Below are positions 38,669 to 47,411 of a DNA stretch of 54,809 nt, one piece after another. The DNA is from an uncultured Victivallales bacterium (lineage in GTDB: Bacteria; Verrucomicrobiota; Kiritimatiellia; UBA8416; JABMPJ01), in contig CAYFPQ010000014.1 in the NCBI GenBank assembly GCA_964345005.1, forward strand, positions 1-54,809, read 5' to 3'. Each line of letters starts with the position of its first letter. The first letter of the stretch is position 1. The position numbers were made by a program, and so were the translations under genes. The notes under the pieces were generated by a model that was given only the letters and a program-made list of their open reading frames with translations, did no database searches and was not told where the DNA came from.

Positions 38669-40530
38669 GGCTTCACCTCCACATACGTGTCATTGAACGT
38701 GTTGACGGACATTCTGCAGGCACCGGTCGGGCAATTCTGGGCACACATTACGCAGCGCACACACTTAAGCGGATCAAACAGCATCACCGAACCGGCATCT
38801 TCGAAAGCTTCCTTCTCGCCGTATTCGGTCTTCAGCGCGGCCACCACGTTGTCGTCGCCGTCCACACGGCCTGCATCGACCATGCGCAGGCAATAGGAGG
38901 GGCAGACATCCACACAGCCGCCACACAGAATGCAGAGATTGGAGTCGAACGTGGGGTGGACATGGCACTCCAGGCAGCGTCCCGCTTGCGCCTTGGCCTC
39001 GCACTCGCTGTATTCCTGGATCACCTGCAGCGCGCGCGGATCGGCGGGATCGTAGGCATCCTCCTCGCGGTTCTTCCATTCCTCGTCGAGGTACGGCGAG
39101 TCACGGTCGTAGACATCTTCGTCGCGCCACTCGATTTCGCGGTAAGGCTTCTGGAGCGGCTTGCTGCTCAAGTAGGCGTCGATGGCCAGCGCCGCCTTGC
39201 TTCCTTCGGCCACGGCGTGGATAAAAAGCATACCGCCGTTCTGGATGTCGCCACCGGCGAAGATGCCGTCGACGGAGGTCCTAAGCGTTTCCGGATCGCA
39301 CTCGAGGGCACCGCGTTCCGTCGTCGCGAGACCCAAGGCTTTGATTGACTCGTCAAAATCGGTCTCCTGTCGCACGGCCCAAATCATCATGTCGCACTCG
39401 ATGAAGCGGAACTCGTCCTCGATGATCTCCGGGTCGAGTCGCCCGCCCTTCTTCGTGAACACGAGGTGCGGTGCGCCGTTGACTTTCTTCATCTTGAGAC
39501 CGCGCAGGACGCCATCTTCGACCACGATCTCTTCGGGCAGGGAGCTGCCGTTCAGGATCACGCCTTCTTCCAGCGCGCCAACCAGCTCGTCTTCGGTACA
39601 GACCTGTTCGTCGCCGCGCCGCCCGCGCAGGTTGCGGCTCCAGAGCGCTTCCATACAGGCCAAGTCGACCCGCTCGGCTCCGCAGCGCACGGCGGAGCGG
39701 GCGGCGTCCATTGCGGTGTCACCGCCACCATAGATCAGCACCCTCTTGCCGGACAGGTCCCACGGCTTGTAGAGATTGAAGTCGAGCAGAAACTCCATCG
39801 CGGTTACCACGTCCTGGTGGTCGGTGTTGTCGAACGGGAGCCGCTTGCCCGCCATCAGGCCCACACCGATGAAGACGGCGTCGAACTGCTCTTTGAGTTC
39901 CTGCAGCGTGATGTCCTTGCCAACATCAACACCGGTCTTCACCTCGATGAGGCCGAGGGCCAGGATCGAGTCGCACTCCGCCTGGACCACTTCACGGTTG
40001 AGACGGTTGATCGGCACGCCCTGCACGAGCTGGCCGCCGAGTACCGGGTGACGCTCGAAGACCGTGACCTTGTATCCCATGCGTGCCAGGTCGTGCGCAC
40101 AGGTCATACCGGCGCAGCCGGCACCGATGACCGCTACGGTCTTGCCGTTGGGTGCGGGCTCGGTTGTGCCGCGCGCGGAGGAGTAGGAGAGGGGTGTCTT
40201 GAGGTCGCCGGTCTCCGGGCCGTGACGTTGCGTGAGGAAGCCCTTGATGTTGCGGATCGCGAGTGGTTGGTCCACGTCACCGCGGCGGCAGGCGGTCTCG
40301 CACGGCGCACCGCAGACGACGCCGCAGATGGAAGCAAACGGATTGGTGGCGCGCGAGATCGCGTAGGCCTCGCGGTAGTTGCCCTTCGCGGTTTCGATCA
40401 GATAGCCACGCGCATCGGTACGGGTGGGGCACCCGGTCCGGCACTCCACCTCATCCTCGTAATAATCGTGATCGGGCAGCGAGACGTGGAAGTCTCGTCC
40501 TGCCTCCTCTTCAGAGTAGACTGGTTTCAT
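38656..40530 (-). CDS. soluble GltD/NfnB-like NAD(P)H flavoprotein fused to a 2x[4Fe-4S] ferredoxin domain
   Basis: 624 aa, no TM or signal. N-terminal Cys clusters (CRTGCP, CGVVCGAPCETAC), VAVIGAGCAGM and VLIYGGGDTAMD dinucleotide folds, C-terminal CILCGGCVDVCP and CVRCVMCAQNCP. Confidence 0.85.
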   Translation of the reverse strand: MKPVYSEEEAGRDFHVSLPDHDYYEDEVECRTGCPTRTDARGYLIETAKGNYREAYAISRATNPFASICGVVCGAPCETACRRGDVDQPLAIRNIKGFLTQRHGPETGDLKTPLSYSSARGTTEPAPNGKTVAVIGAGCAGMTCAHDLARMGYKVTVFERHPVLGGQLVQGVPINRLNREVVQAECDSILALGLIEVKTGVDVGKDITLQELKEQFDAVFIGVGLMAGKRLPFDNTDHQDVVTAMEFLLDFNLYKPWDLSGKRVLIYGGGDTAMDAARSAVRCGAERVDLACMEALWSRNLRGRRGDEQVCTEDELVGALEEGVILNGSSLPEEIVVEDGVLRGLKMKKVNGAPHLVFTKKGGRLDPEIIEDEFRFIECDMMIWAVRQETDFDESIKALGLATTERGALECDPETLRTSVDGIFAGGDIQNGGMLFIHAVAEGSKAALAIDAYLSSKPLQKPYREIEWRDEDVYDRDSPYLDEEWKNREEDAYDPADPRALQVIQEYSECEAKAQAGRCLECHVHPTFDSNLCILCGGCVDVCPSYCLRMVDAGRVDGDDNVVAALKTEYGEKEAFEDAGSVMLFDPLKCVRCVMCAQNCPTGACRMSVNTFNDTYVEVKPCST

Positions 40531-40909
40531 ATTCCCGTCCTTGCAGACCCACAGATGGACGCCAGCCAGCCTCGCGCGGAGCAGGGCCTAGATCCTAACA
40601 AGGCCAAACTCGAAGAATCAAGATTCATCTAGTTTATACTCCGCATTCTGGCCCGATACGCATCGGGAGCGCAAGTTCCATTGCCTATTCCCTGAGCTTC
40701 AAGTAATGATGGTCTCCTCGACCCCATTCTGGTGTGAGCAGGAGACAGGAGGCGGAACACCTTGGGTGTCTGGGTACTTCGTCATTCGTCATTCCTGCTG
40801 CTTCTCGCACTCGTGAAGTATGCAGGCGAATTCCTCTGCTTGTGGCCACCCCGCGGCAGGCGTATACTCGGGACATACTGCGAGTGAATCAGTAGGTGGA
40901 GAAACGACG

Positions 40910-42325
40910 ATGAAGAAGATCCTGCAGGTTATAGGGAGGGTGCTGGGCTGGATAGTCCTGGTGGTTGTGATTCTGGTGGCCGTGGTCCTTATCATCGGTC
41001 CGAACGTGGCGGTGAAGGTGGTCAACGCCAAGGCGGGCGACTTCGTGAATGCCGAGGTGTCGCTGAAGGACGTCGACCTCAACCTGTTCCGGGGCTACGT
41101 CGAGATCGAGGGTCTGACGGTGGGCCAGCCGGAGGGCTTCGAAGGCGATCCGTTGTTGGAGCTGCCGCATGCGCACGTGAAGATCGATGTTGGCTCACTC
41201 ATGAAACAGCCTATCGTGGTTAGCGACATCGTTGTCCAAGACCTGTCCGCCAACATCATCAAGAATGCTGACGGGGTGATGAACGTCGAGAAGCTGGCGA
41301 AGACGCCTCCCGAGCCCAAAGAGAAGGAGCCCGAGGAAGAGAAGGCGCCGGCCGGCGAGCCGCCCGCCGTGGCGCTGGACAGTCTCCTGATCGAGAACCT
41401 GAAGGTGCGCTACGTCGATTCGTCGTTCGACGACAAGGAGCCGCTTGACGTTGGCGTGAGTGAGCTGGTGCTGTCTGTCACAGACATTCTCTTCGATACA
41501 TCCGCCAAGCCGGCGCGGATCTTGCCCGGGCGTGTCAAGTTGACCAGTAAGATCACGCAGGGCAAAGCGGCCGACGCGCACCTTGGCACCATTGCACGGC
41601 TTGGTGTCTTGAGCACGAACACCCCCGCCGTCAATGCCGGCGTGCGTTTGGCCGGTCTGGATCTGGATGTGATCGATCCTGTGTTGCCCGCGGGCATCGG
41701 CACCAGCATAGCTGCTGTGCTTGGCGGGAGTTGCCTCGACGTGGAGGCGGACATCTCAATGGCGGAAGGTATTCAGGACATCGAGGCCGTTCTAGTAAAC
41801 AAGAGCACTCGGTTGCCGCTGCCGACGGGCGGCGGATTAGACAGCATCATGGCGGACCTTACCAAGCTGCTCGCCGCGCGCTTGGCCGGACAGGTTACCG
41901 CGATGGCCGGCAACGTTGGCGAGGCCGGCGTGGAGGTGGTTGGGACAGCCGCGGAATCGGCGCTTGCTGTGGGCAAAGGGGCCGGGAAGCTCGTCGGCAA
42001 CGTCGGCGGCGGGCTCTTCAAGATGGTGAAGGGTGTGGCCAAGGGCGATATCAAAGAGGTGGGGTCGGCCTTGAAAGACACCACGGTGGGCTCCGTCAAG
42101 GACGCTGTCAGCACGGTCACGAATACGGCGGCCACGGCCGTGAGTGGCGTTGGCGATGCTGCGGGCAAAGGGCTTGGCACGGACAGTGCGGAAGCGTGGC
42201 GCACGGGCGCATCCGCGCGCTGGGCCGAGACGTGGGAGACCACCGTCACGGTGGTCGACAACATGCCTTACCCGACAGCCCCCCAGTCGAACACTGAGTC
42301 TAAGCCCGCACAGGATACCGAATGA
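40910..42325 (+). CDS. AsmA/DUF748-like envelope protein
   Basis: Start at ATG 40910 (MKKILQVIGRVLGWIVLVVVILVAVVLII TM anchor). Repetitive beta-rich body, Gly/Ala-rich C-terminal half. Confidence 0.55.
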   Translation: MKKILQVIGRVLGWIVLVVVILVAVVLIIGPNVAVKVVNAKAGDFVNAEVSLKDVDLNLFRGYVEIEGLTVGQPEGFEGDPLLELPHAHVKIDVGSLMKQPIVVSDIVVQDLSANIIKNADGVMNVEKLAKTPPEPKEKEPEEEKAPAGEPPAVALDSLLIENLKVRYVDSSFDDKEPLDVGVSELVLSVTDILFDTSAKPARILPGRVKLTSKITQGKAADAHLGTIARLGVLSTNTPAVNAGVRLAGLDLDVIDPVLPAGIGTSIAAVLGGSCLDVEADISMAEGIQDIEAVLVNKSTRLPLPTGGGLDSIMADLTKLLAARLAGQVTAMAGNVGEAGVEVVGTAAESALAVGKGAGKLVGNVGGGLFKMVKGVAKGDIKEVGSALKDTTVGSVKDAVSTVTNTAATAVSGVGDAAGKGLGTDSAEAWRTGASARWAETWETTVTVVDNMPYPTAPQSNTESKPAQDTE

Positions 42326-43500
42326 CACGCTGGCTGCGTCTGCTACTTTGCATTGTGTTGTTGCTTCCGCTGATCGGGTGCGATAGCGACGACAACGACG
42401 GCCGATCTTCGGGCAAGCTGGTCAGCGTAGAACACCTCGGTGACGTGTCGCCCGGCACGATACCGCAGCTTCTGGCGATTGCGGGGGTACAACTCAACCT
42501 TGAACTCAATTACTCGGTAGGGGTCTACCGAATCGAATACACGACGCGCAATCCCGACGGTGACATCGTGGAAGTGTCCGGGGCTATGTTCGTGCCCATT
42601 GGGGCTCCGGCGGTGCCGTTTGCCTGTGCACAGCATGGCACACAGACACTGCGGCACAATGTGGCGTCGACTACACCGCTGATCTACGGCGCCGATGCGT
42701 TGATGCTGGCCGCGGAAGGATACGTGGCCTGCTCGCCGGATTACATCGGTTACGGGTCGTCAACGGACCCGCACCCTTACCTGCATGCCGACACATCGGC
42801 CGGGACCGTGTTGGACGCCATTCGTGCGGGCCGGCGTTTCTGCGAGCAGCGCGACATCGAGCTGGACGGACAGCTCTTCCTGGTGGGCTACTCGCAGGGC
42901 GGCTACGTGACGCTCGCGGCGCAGCGGGCGATCGAGGAGGGGGCCAACGTGGGGCTGACTCTCGCCGCGGTAGCGTCGCTGTCGGGCGCCTACGATCTGA
43001 CCGGTATCGTGGACATCATGCTGGCCAACCCAAACGATGACGACGTCGTGCTGGCGGCCCTCTTTGTGACGTCATACAATCACGTGTACGGTTGGGGGCG
43101 ACTCAGCGAGATATTCCGCACGCCCTACGATGCGCGGGTGACCTGGCTGTTCGACGGGACGCGCTCTTTTTCCACCATTGAAGCGCAACTTGCCCCGACC
43201 GTTGGACAAATGCTGGATCCCGGTTTTGTCGGCCGTTATTTGCGCGGCGATGAGCCGGAGGTGCGTGGGGCGATTGCCGAGAACTCGTTGCTGGATTGGA
43301 CGCCGCGGGCGCCGCTACGCCTCTTCCATGGTAGTGCCGACACAACGGTACCCTACATCAACGCGGTCACTGCACTCGACACGTTCACCCAACGAGGCGC
43401 CCCGGACGTTCAGCTCATTACGCTGAACGGGCTTGGCCACGAGTCAGGTATCGAGGCCGCGATTGAGCCTGCATTGGGCTGGTTTCGGGCGATGAAGTAA
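42322..43500 (+). CDS. lipoprotein, alpha/beta hydrolase (lipase-like)
   Basis: 392 aa. Lipobox LLPLIGC, nucleophile elbow GYSQGG, late FHGSADTTVP and GH catalytic segments. 4-nt overlap with the previous gene. Confidence 0.75.
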   Translation: MTRWLRLLLCIVLLLPLIGCDSDDNDGRSSGKLVSVEHLGDVSPGTIPQLLAIAGVQLNLELNYSVGVYRIEYTTRNPDGDIVEVSGAMFVPIGAPAVPFACAQHGTQTLRHNVASTTPLIYGADALMLAAEGYVACSPDYIGYGSSTDPHPYLHADTSAGTVLDAIRAGRRFCEQRDIELDGQLFLVGYSQGGYVTLAAQRAIEEGANVGLTLAAVASLSGAYDLTGIVDIMLANPNDDDVVLAALFVTSYNHVYGWGRLSEIFRTPYDARVTWLFDGTRSFSTIEAQLAPTVGQMLDPGFVGRYLRGDEPEVRGAIAENSLLDWTPRAPLRLFHGSADTTVPYINAVTALDTFTQRGAPDVQLITLNGLGHESGIEAAIEPALGWFRAMK

Positions 43501-43502
43501 CC

Positions 43503-43585
43503 GCGGCTCGCTGGGACAGCTCGCCCCACCTCGCACAGGGTGAAGATGCGCCCTTGGGCAGGGCGAGCTGTCCCCAGCGAGCCGC
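43503..43585. repeat. REP-like palindromic element, copy B
   Basis: GCGGCTCGCTGGGACAGCTCGCCCC ... GGGCGAGCTGTCCCCAGCGAGCCGC, immediately after the hydrolase stop. Confidence 0.7.
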
Positions 43586-43660
43586 AAGCCGAGTCCTATT
43601 AACGTGACTCCGATAGCATGTCTGTGCTTATATTTGCCCCTCTAACGAAGGCAATGCCCA

Positions 43661-44683
43661 ATGATTATTCGCAGAAAAGCTTATCCGCGGGGTGGGTTGG
43701 TCGGGAACCCGTCCGATGGGTACTTTGGCAAGACGATCGCGTTCAGCTTCCGTAACTTCCATGCTGAAGTCGTGCTCTACGAGTCGCCGGAGATCGAAAT
43801 CCTGCCGAACACCCGCGACCACTCTGTGTTCAAGAGCATGTCCCACTTGGCTGAGGACGTGAGCCTCTTTGGTTATTATGGCGGGATCCGACTCCTCAAG
43901 GCGACGATCAAACGATTCAGTGACTACTGCCGGGACGCCGGCATCGAGCTGCCCGAGAAGAACTTCACGATCCGCTACCACTCGAATATCCCGCACTTGG
44001 TGGGGCTGGCCGGATCCTCCGCGATCATAGGCGCGTGCATGCGGGCCCTGAGAGCGTTCTTTGAGGTAACGATTCCGCGACCGATCGAAGCCAACCTGAT
44101 TCTGGCGGTGGAAACAGAGGAACTCGGCATCTCGGCGGGACTGCAGGATCGGGTCGCGCAGGTGTACCGCGGGCTGGTCTACATGGATTTCGATCAGGAA
44201 CTGATGGAGCGCCAGGGCTACGGCAAGTATGAGGCAATGGACCCCGCGCTCTTGCCACCACTCTATGTAGCCTATCGATCAGATCTTTCGGAGGGGTCGG
44301 AGATATTCCACAACGACATAAAGGGGCGGTTCAACGGTGGTGACGAGACGGTCGTCAATGCGATCAATTTCTGGGCGGACCTGACCGAGCAGGTGCGCGA
44401 GATGCTCATGGCGGGGGAGGGTGAAGCGATGGGCCCGCTGCTCAATGCCAACTTCGACCGGCGCGCCTCGCTCTGCCGCATTTCCGACGGAAACCAGCGT
44501 ATGGTTGATGCCGCGCGGTCAGTTGGCGCGAGCGCTAAGTTCACCGGCTCGGGCGGTGCGATTGTCGGTACCTACGAGGGCGAGAACATGTATGGCAAGC
44601 TCTGCGAGGTGTTGAGCCCAATGGGCATCAAGGTGCTGAAGCCGGAGATCACAGTGGCGGCGGGAGGTCTCGATGAAGGTTAA
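43661..44683 (+). CDS. GHMP sugar-1-kinase, glucuronokinase-like
   Basis: 340 aa. GNPSDGYFGKTI, GYYGGIRLL, GLAGSSAI (GHMP motif II), GLQDRVAQVYRGLVYMDF and KFTGSGGAIV. From memory these strings match plant glucuronokinase closely. Confidence 0.72.
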   Translation: MIIRRKAYPRGGLVGNPSDGYFGKTIAFSFRNFHAEVVLYESPEIEILPNTRDHSVFKSMSHLAEDVSLFGYYGGIRLLKATIKRFSDYCRDAGIELPEKNFTIRYHSNIPHLVGLAGSSAIIGACMRALRAFFEVTIPRPIEANLILAVETEELGISAGLQDRVAQVYRGLVYMDFDQELMERQGYGKYEAMDPALLPPLYVAYRSDLSEGSEIFHNDIKGRFNGGDETVVNAINFWADLTEQVREMLMAGEGEAMGPLLNANFDRRASLCRISDGNQRMVDAARSVGASAKFTGSGGAIVGTYEGENMYGKLCEVLSPMGIKVLKPEITVAAGGLDEG

Positions 44684-45560
44684 GAAAGCGGTTATACCGG
44701 CGGCAGGATTCGGCACGCGTTTTCTACCCGCCTCCAAGTCGCAGCCGAAGGAGATGCTTCCGATTGTCGATACCCCGGCCATCCAGTACGTGGTGGAGGA
44801 GGCGGTGGCCTCGGGCATCACAGACATCCTGATGGTCATCGGGAAGGGCAAGCGCGCAATCGAGGAGCACTTTGACCGCAACTTCGAGCTGGAGTCGGAA
44901 CTGCAGGAGAAGAACAAGGAAGCAGAGCTGGAAACCATCCGGCGCATCTCGAACCTGGCGGATGTCCACTTCGTGTGGCAGAAGGAACTGAAGGGGTTGG
45001 GGGACGCCGTCTACTGCGCGCGCCATCACGTCGGCCGCGAGCCTTTCGCCGTATTGCTCGGTGACACGCTTGTTCAATCCCCTTCACCCGTTACGCGTCA
45101 ACTGTTGGATGTGTTCGAGCGCTACCAGGAGTCCGTTGTGGCGCTGGAAGAGGTGGAGCACAGCAAGGTCACCCGCTACGGCATTATGGACGGTTCGTGC
45201 ATTGTCGATAACGTCTATCTCGTGAAGGACTTCATCGAGAAGCCCAGCGTCGAAGAAGCGCCATCCAACCTGGCGATAGCAGGACGGTACGTGCTGACAG
45301 CCGACATCTTCGAGTGCATCGAAAATACGAAACGAGGCAAGAACGACGAGATTCAGCTAACCGATGCGCTGCGTTTGCAGGTAACAAGGCGGGCCGCTTA
45401 CGGCGTGCGCTTCGAAGGTCGCCGTCACGACATTGGCAACAAGCTCGACTTCATCAAGACCAACATCACCTTTGCCCTGCAACGCGACGACATGCGCGGA
45501 GCGCTTTTGGAGTACCTCCAACAAACAGTCGAGCAATCGAACAGCCGAACTACGAAGTAA
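44673..45560 (+). CDS. galU: UTP-glucose-1-phosphate uridylyltransferase family
   Basis: 295 aa. AVIPAAGFGTRFLPASKSQPKEMLPIVD. 11-nt overlap with the kinase gene. Confidence 0.9.
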   Translation: MKVKKAVIPAAGFGTRFLPASKSQPKEMLPIVDTPAIQYVVEEAVASGITDILMVIGKGKRAIEEHFDRNFELESELQEKNKEAELETIRRISNLADVHFVWQKELKGLGDAVYCARHHVGREPFAVLLGDTLVQSPSPVTRQLLDVFERYQESVVALEEVEHSKVTRYGIMDGSCIVDNVYLVKDFIEKPSVEEAPSNLAIAGRYVLTADIFECIENTKRGKNDEIQLTDALRLQVTRRAAYGVRFEGRRHDIGNKLDFIKTNITFALQRDDMRGALLEYLQQTVEQSNSRTTK

Positions 45561-45592
45561 AGAGGAATACTCAGCTGAGCGCCATGCTGAGA

Positions 45593-45627
45593 GAACTCAC
45601 AACTCAGAACTCACAACTCTACTCTCA
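45593..45627 (+). repeat. imperfect heptamer tract x5
   Basis: gaactca caactca gaactca caactct actctca, running into the ATG at 45627. Confidence 0.6.
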
Positions 45628-46025
45628 TGCGACACCCGAAGGCACTACAGTGGGAGCGGAAGCTCAAGAAGGTCTTCCGCCGGATTGACGCGCGACTTGA
45701 AGCCGAGTACGGCGATCGTTACCCGTTGCATCCCGCCCGTCCGAGTGAAGGAGCCACCGCGAACCCCGCCCACGACGGCCTGTTCAACATCGGGGCCTCC
45801 TTCTCTGGCGGGTTTGGGTCCGAGCATGGCGCCGGCTACGTGGTCAGCGTCCAGATGGCCACGCTCGAAAATGTCGATGCCGCGATGCGAGAGAAAATCG
45901 AGCAGCGTGTAGCAACCGAGTTGGCGGCAGAACTGCCCAAGACTTTCCCAAACCGTGAGCTGAAGGTCAGCCGCGACGGCCACTCATTCAAGATTCATGG
46001 GGATCTGAGCTTGGGGAATGCGTAG
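45627..46025 (+). CDS. hypothetical protein
   Basis: 132-aa ORF with coding-like composition. No motif that I recognise. Confidence 0.45.
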   Translation: MRHPKALQWERKLKKVFRRIDARLEAEYGDRYPLHPARPSEGATANPAHDGLFNIGASFSGGFGSEHGAGYVVSVQMATLENVDAAMREKIEQRVATELAAELPKTFPNRELKVSRDGHSFKIHGDLSLGNA

Positions 46026-46030
46026 CCCTC

Positions 46031-46106
46031 ACGGCTCGCTGGGGACAGCTCGCCCACAGTTAGGATGCGCCCTTGACCAGGTAGGGCGAGCTCTCCGAGC
46101 GAGCCG
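46031..46106. repeat. REP-like palindromic element, copy C
   Basis: ACGGCTCGCTGGGGACAGCTCGCCC ... GGTAGGGCGAGCTCTCCGAGCGAGCCG, between convergent genes. Shares the internal GATGCGCCCTTG with copy B. Confidence 0.7.
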
Positions 46107-46128
46107 CATTCAACGGCCTTGGGCCTCT

Positions 46129-46689
46129 CTAGTACTTCCCAATCAGCCGCAGGAACTCTGCCCGTGTGGAGGGATCGTCGTGGAAGCTGCCGAGGACGGT
46201 TGAGGTCGTCATCACGGAGTTCTGTTTTCCCACACCGCGCATCATCATGCAGAGGTGCTGGCATTCCATGACGACGCCGACGCCCTCAGCGCCGACGGTG
46301 TCCAGTATAGCACGGGCAATCTGCTCGGTCAGGCGTTCCTGGAGCTGGACCCGCTTGGCAAAGACGTCTGCGATGCGCGCGAGCTTGCTCACTCCCAACA
46401 CCTTGTCCTCGGCGATGTAACCGATATGACAGCGTCCGAAGAATGGAAGCATGTGGTGCTCGCACATGCTATATACCTCGATATCGCGCGCGATGATCAT
46501 GTTGTTCGCCTGGGCCTCGAACACGGCATTGTTGATCACCTCATCGAGGTCCATGCGGTAGCCTTCGGACAAGTGTGCCCAGGCGCGGGCCACGCGATCG
46601 GGTGTTTTGAGCAGTCCCTCTCGATCGGGATCTTCCCCGATTTCGACCAACAGTTCTTTAACCAGTTCGGCAACGCGTGCTTCGTTCAT
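46129..46689 (-). CDS. folE: GTP cyclohydrolase I
   Basis: 186 aa. VYSMCEHHMLPFFG zinc and active-site motif. Confidence 0.93.
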   Translation of the reverse strand: MNEARVAELVKELLVEIGEDPDREGLLKTPDRVARAWAHLSEGYRMDLDEVINNAVFEAQANNMIIARDIEVYSMCEHHMLPFFGRCHIGYIAEDKVLGVSKLARIADVFAKRVQLQERLTEQIARAILDTVGAEGVGVVMECQHLCMMMRGVGKQNSVMTTSTVLGSFHDDPSTRAEFLRLIGKY

Positions 46690-47111
46690 TCTTGCATGTC
46701 CTCTTGGGTTCGTGTGATGTCGACTTCAACGGTGCGTGCAAAACGGAGGGCGCCGGGCTTGGCGACGCGGACGCGTGCTTCCCGGACCCTCGAATCATCC
46801 AGACATATTTTCGCGATGCGTTCGGCGAGACGTTCCACAAGCAAGAACGATGAGCCATCGACCATCGCGATTACGTTCTTCTTGATGGCCTTGTAGTCCA
46901 CGGTGTCATCAATATCGTCCGTCTTCCCTGCCTTGCGAAGGTCGGCATGCAGCGTGATATTGATCACCACGTCCTGCTTCTCTCGCCGCTCCTCATCATA
47001 GATACCGATGATGCACCGCTGCAACAGGTCGCGAATGTGAATCTTATCCAGTGACTCTGAAGCCGGTTCCACCTGAGCGCCCTCCAGTTCTTCCCGCACA
47101 AGGTAGTCCAT
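46686..47111 (-). CDS. folB: dihydroneopterin aldolase (copy 1, coupled to folE)
   Basis: Start at ATG 47111. IHIRDLLQRCIIGIYDEER...VAKPGALRFARTVEVDITR fits FolB. 4-nt overlap with folE. Confidence 0.82.
   Translation of the reverse strand: MDYLVREELEGAQVEPASESLDKIHIRDLLQRCIIGIYDEERREKQDVVINITLHADLRKAGKTDDIDDTVDYKAIKKNVIAMVDGSSFLLVERLAERIAKICLDDSRVREARVRVAKPGALRFARTVEVDITRTQEDMQE
46750..47060. repeat. folB direct duplication, left copy
   Basis: 46813-46982 is identical to 49367-49536 (170 bp, offset 2554). Flanks are progressively diverged. Confidence 0.85.
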
Positions 47112-47181
47112 AGGGCATTTCAACGCAAACGCTCTATGCGCCGGCCGAGAATCCTCATGCTTGAGTACATCTGCCGCGCCC

Positions 47182-47210
47182 ATTATAGTTGGGGCATGAA
47201 GACCGAGCAA
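47182..47210 (-). promoter_or_regulatory. sigma-70-like promoter candidate facing folB copy 1
   Basis: On the minus strand, TTGCTC (47210-47205), N17, TATAAT (47187-47182), about 70 nt upstream of ATG 47111. A perfect -10 hexamer is unusual in this GC-rich context. Confidence 0.3.
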
Positions 47211-47411
47211 GAAGCGCGGGCCAATATGGCGACGACCATCATGCTGATGGACAGCGGCATTGCGCTGATGCGGCAGAACATCAGGCGGCGCCGTCCTGGC
47301 AACACGGAAGAACAGATCGATACCGAACTGAACGCATGGCTGTATCGCACGAGCGATCCCATTCCCGGTGATACGTCGGGATCTGTCCGTGTGCGGAGCC
47401 GGAATCCATGA
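47196..47411 (+). CDS. small helical protein, putative partner or antitoxin of the downstream NTase
   Basis: 71 aa from ATG 47196 (MKTEQEARANM...MRQNIRRRRPGNTEEQIDTELNAWL). 4-nt overlap with the next gene. Start is uncertain. Confidence 0.5.
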   Translation: MKTEQEARANMATTIMLMDSGIALMRQNIRRRRPGNTEEQIDTELNAWLYRTSDPIPGDTSGSVRVRSRNP

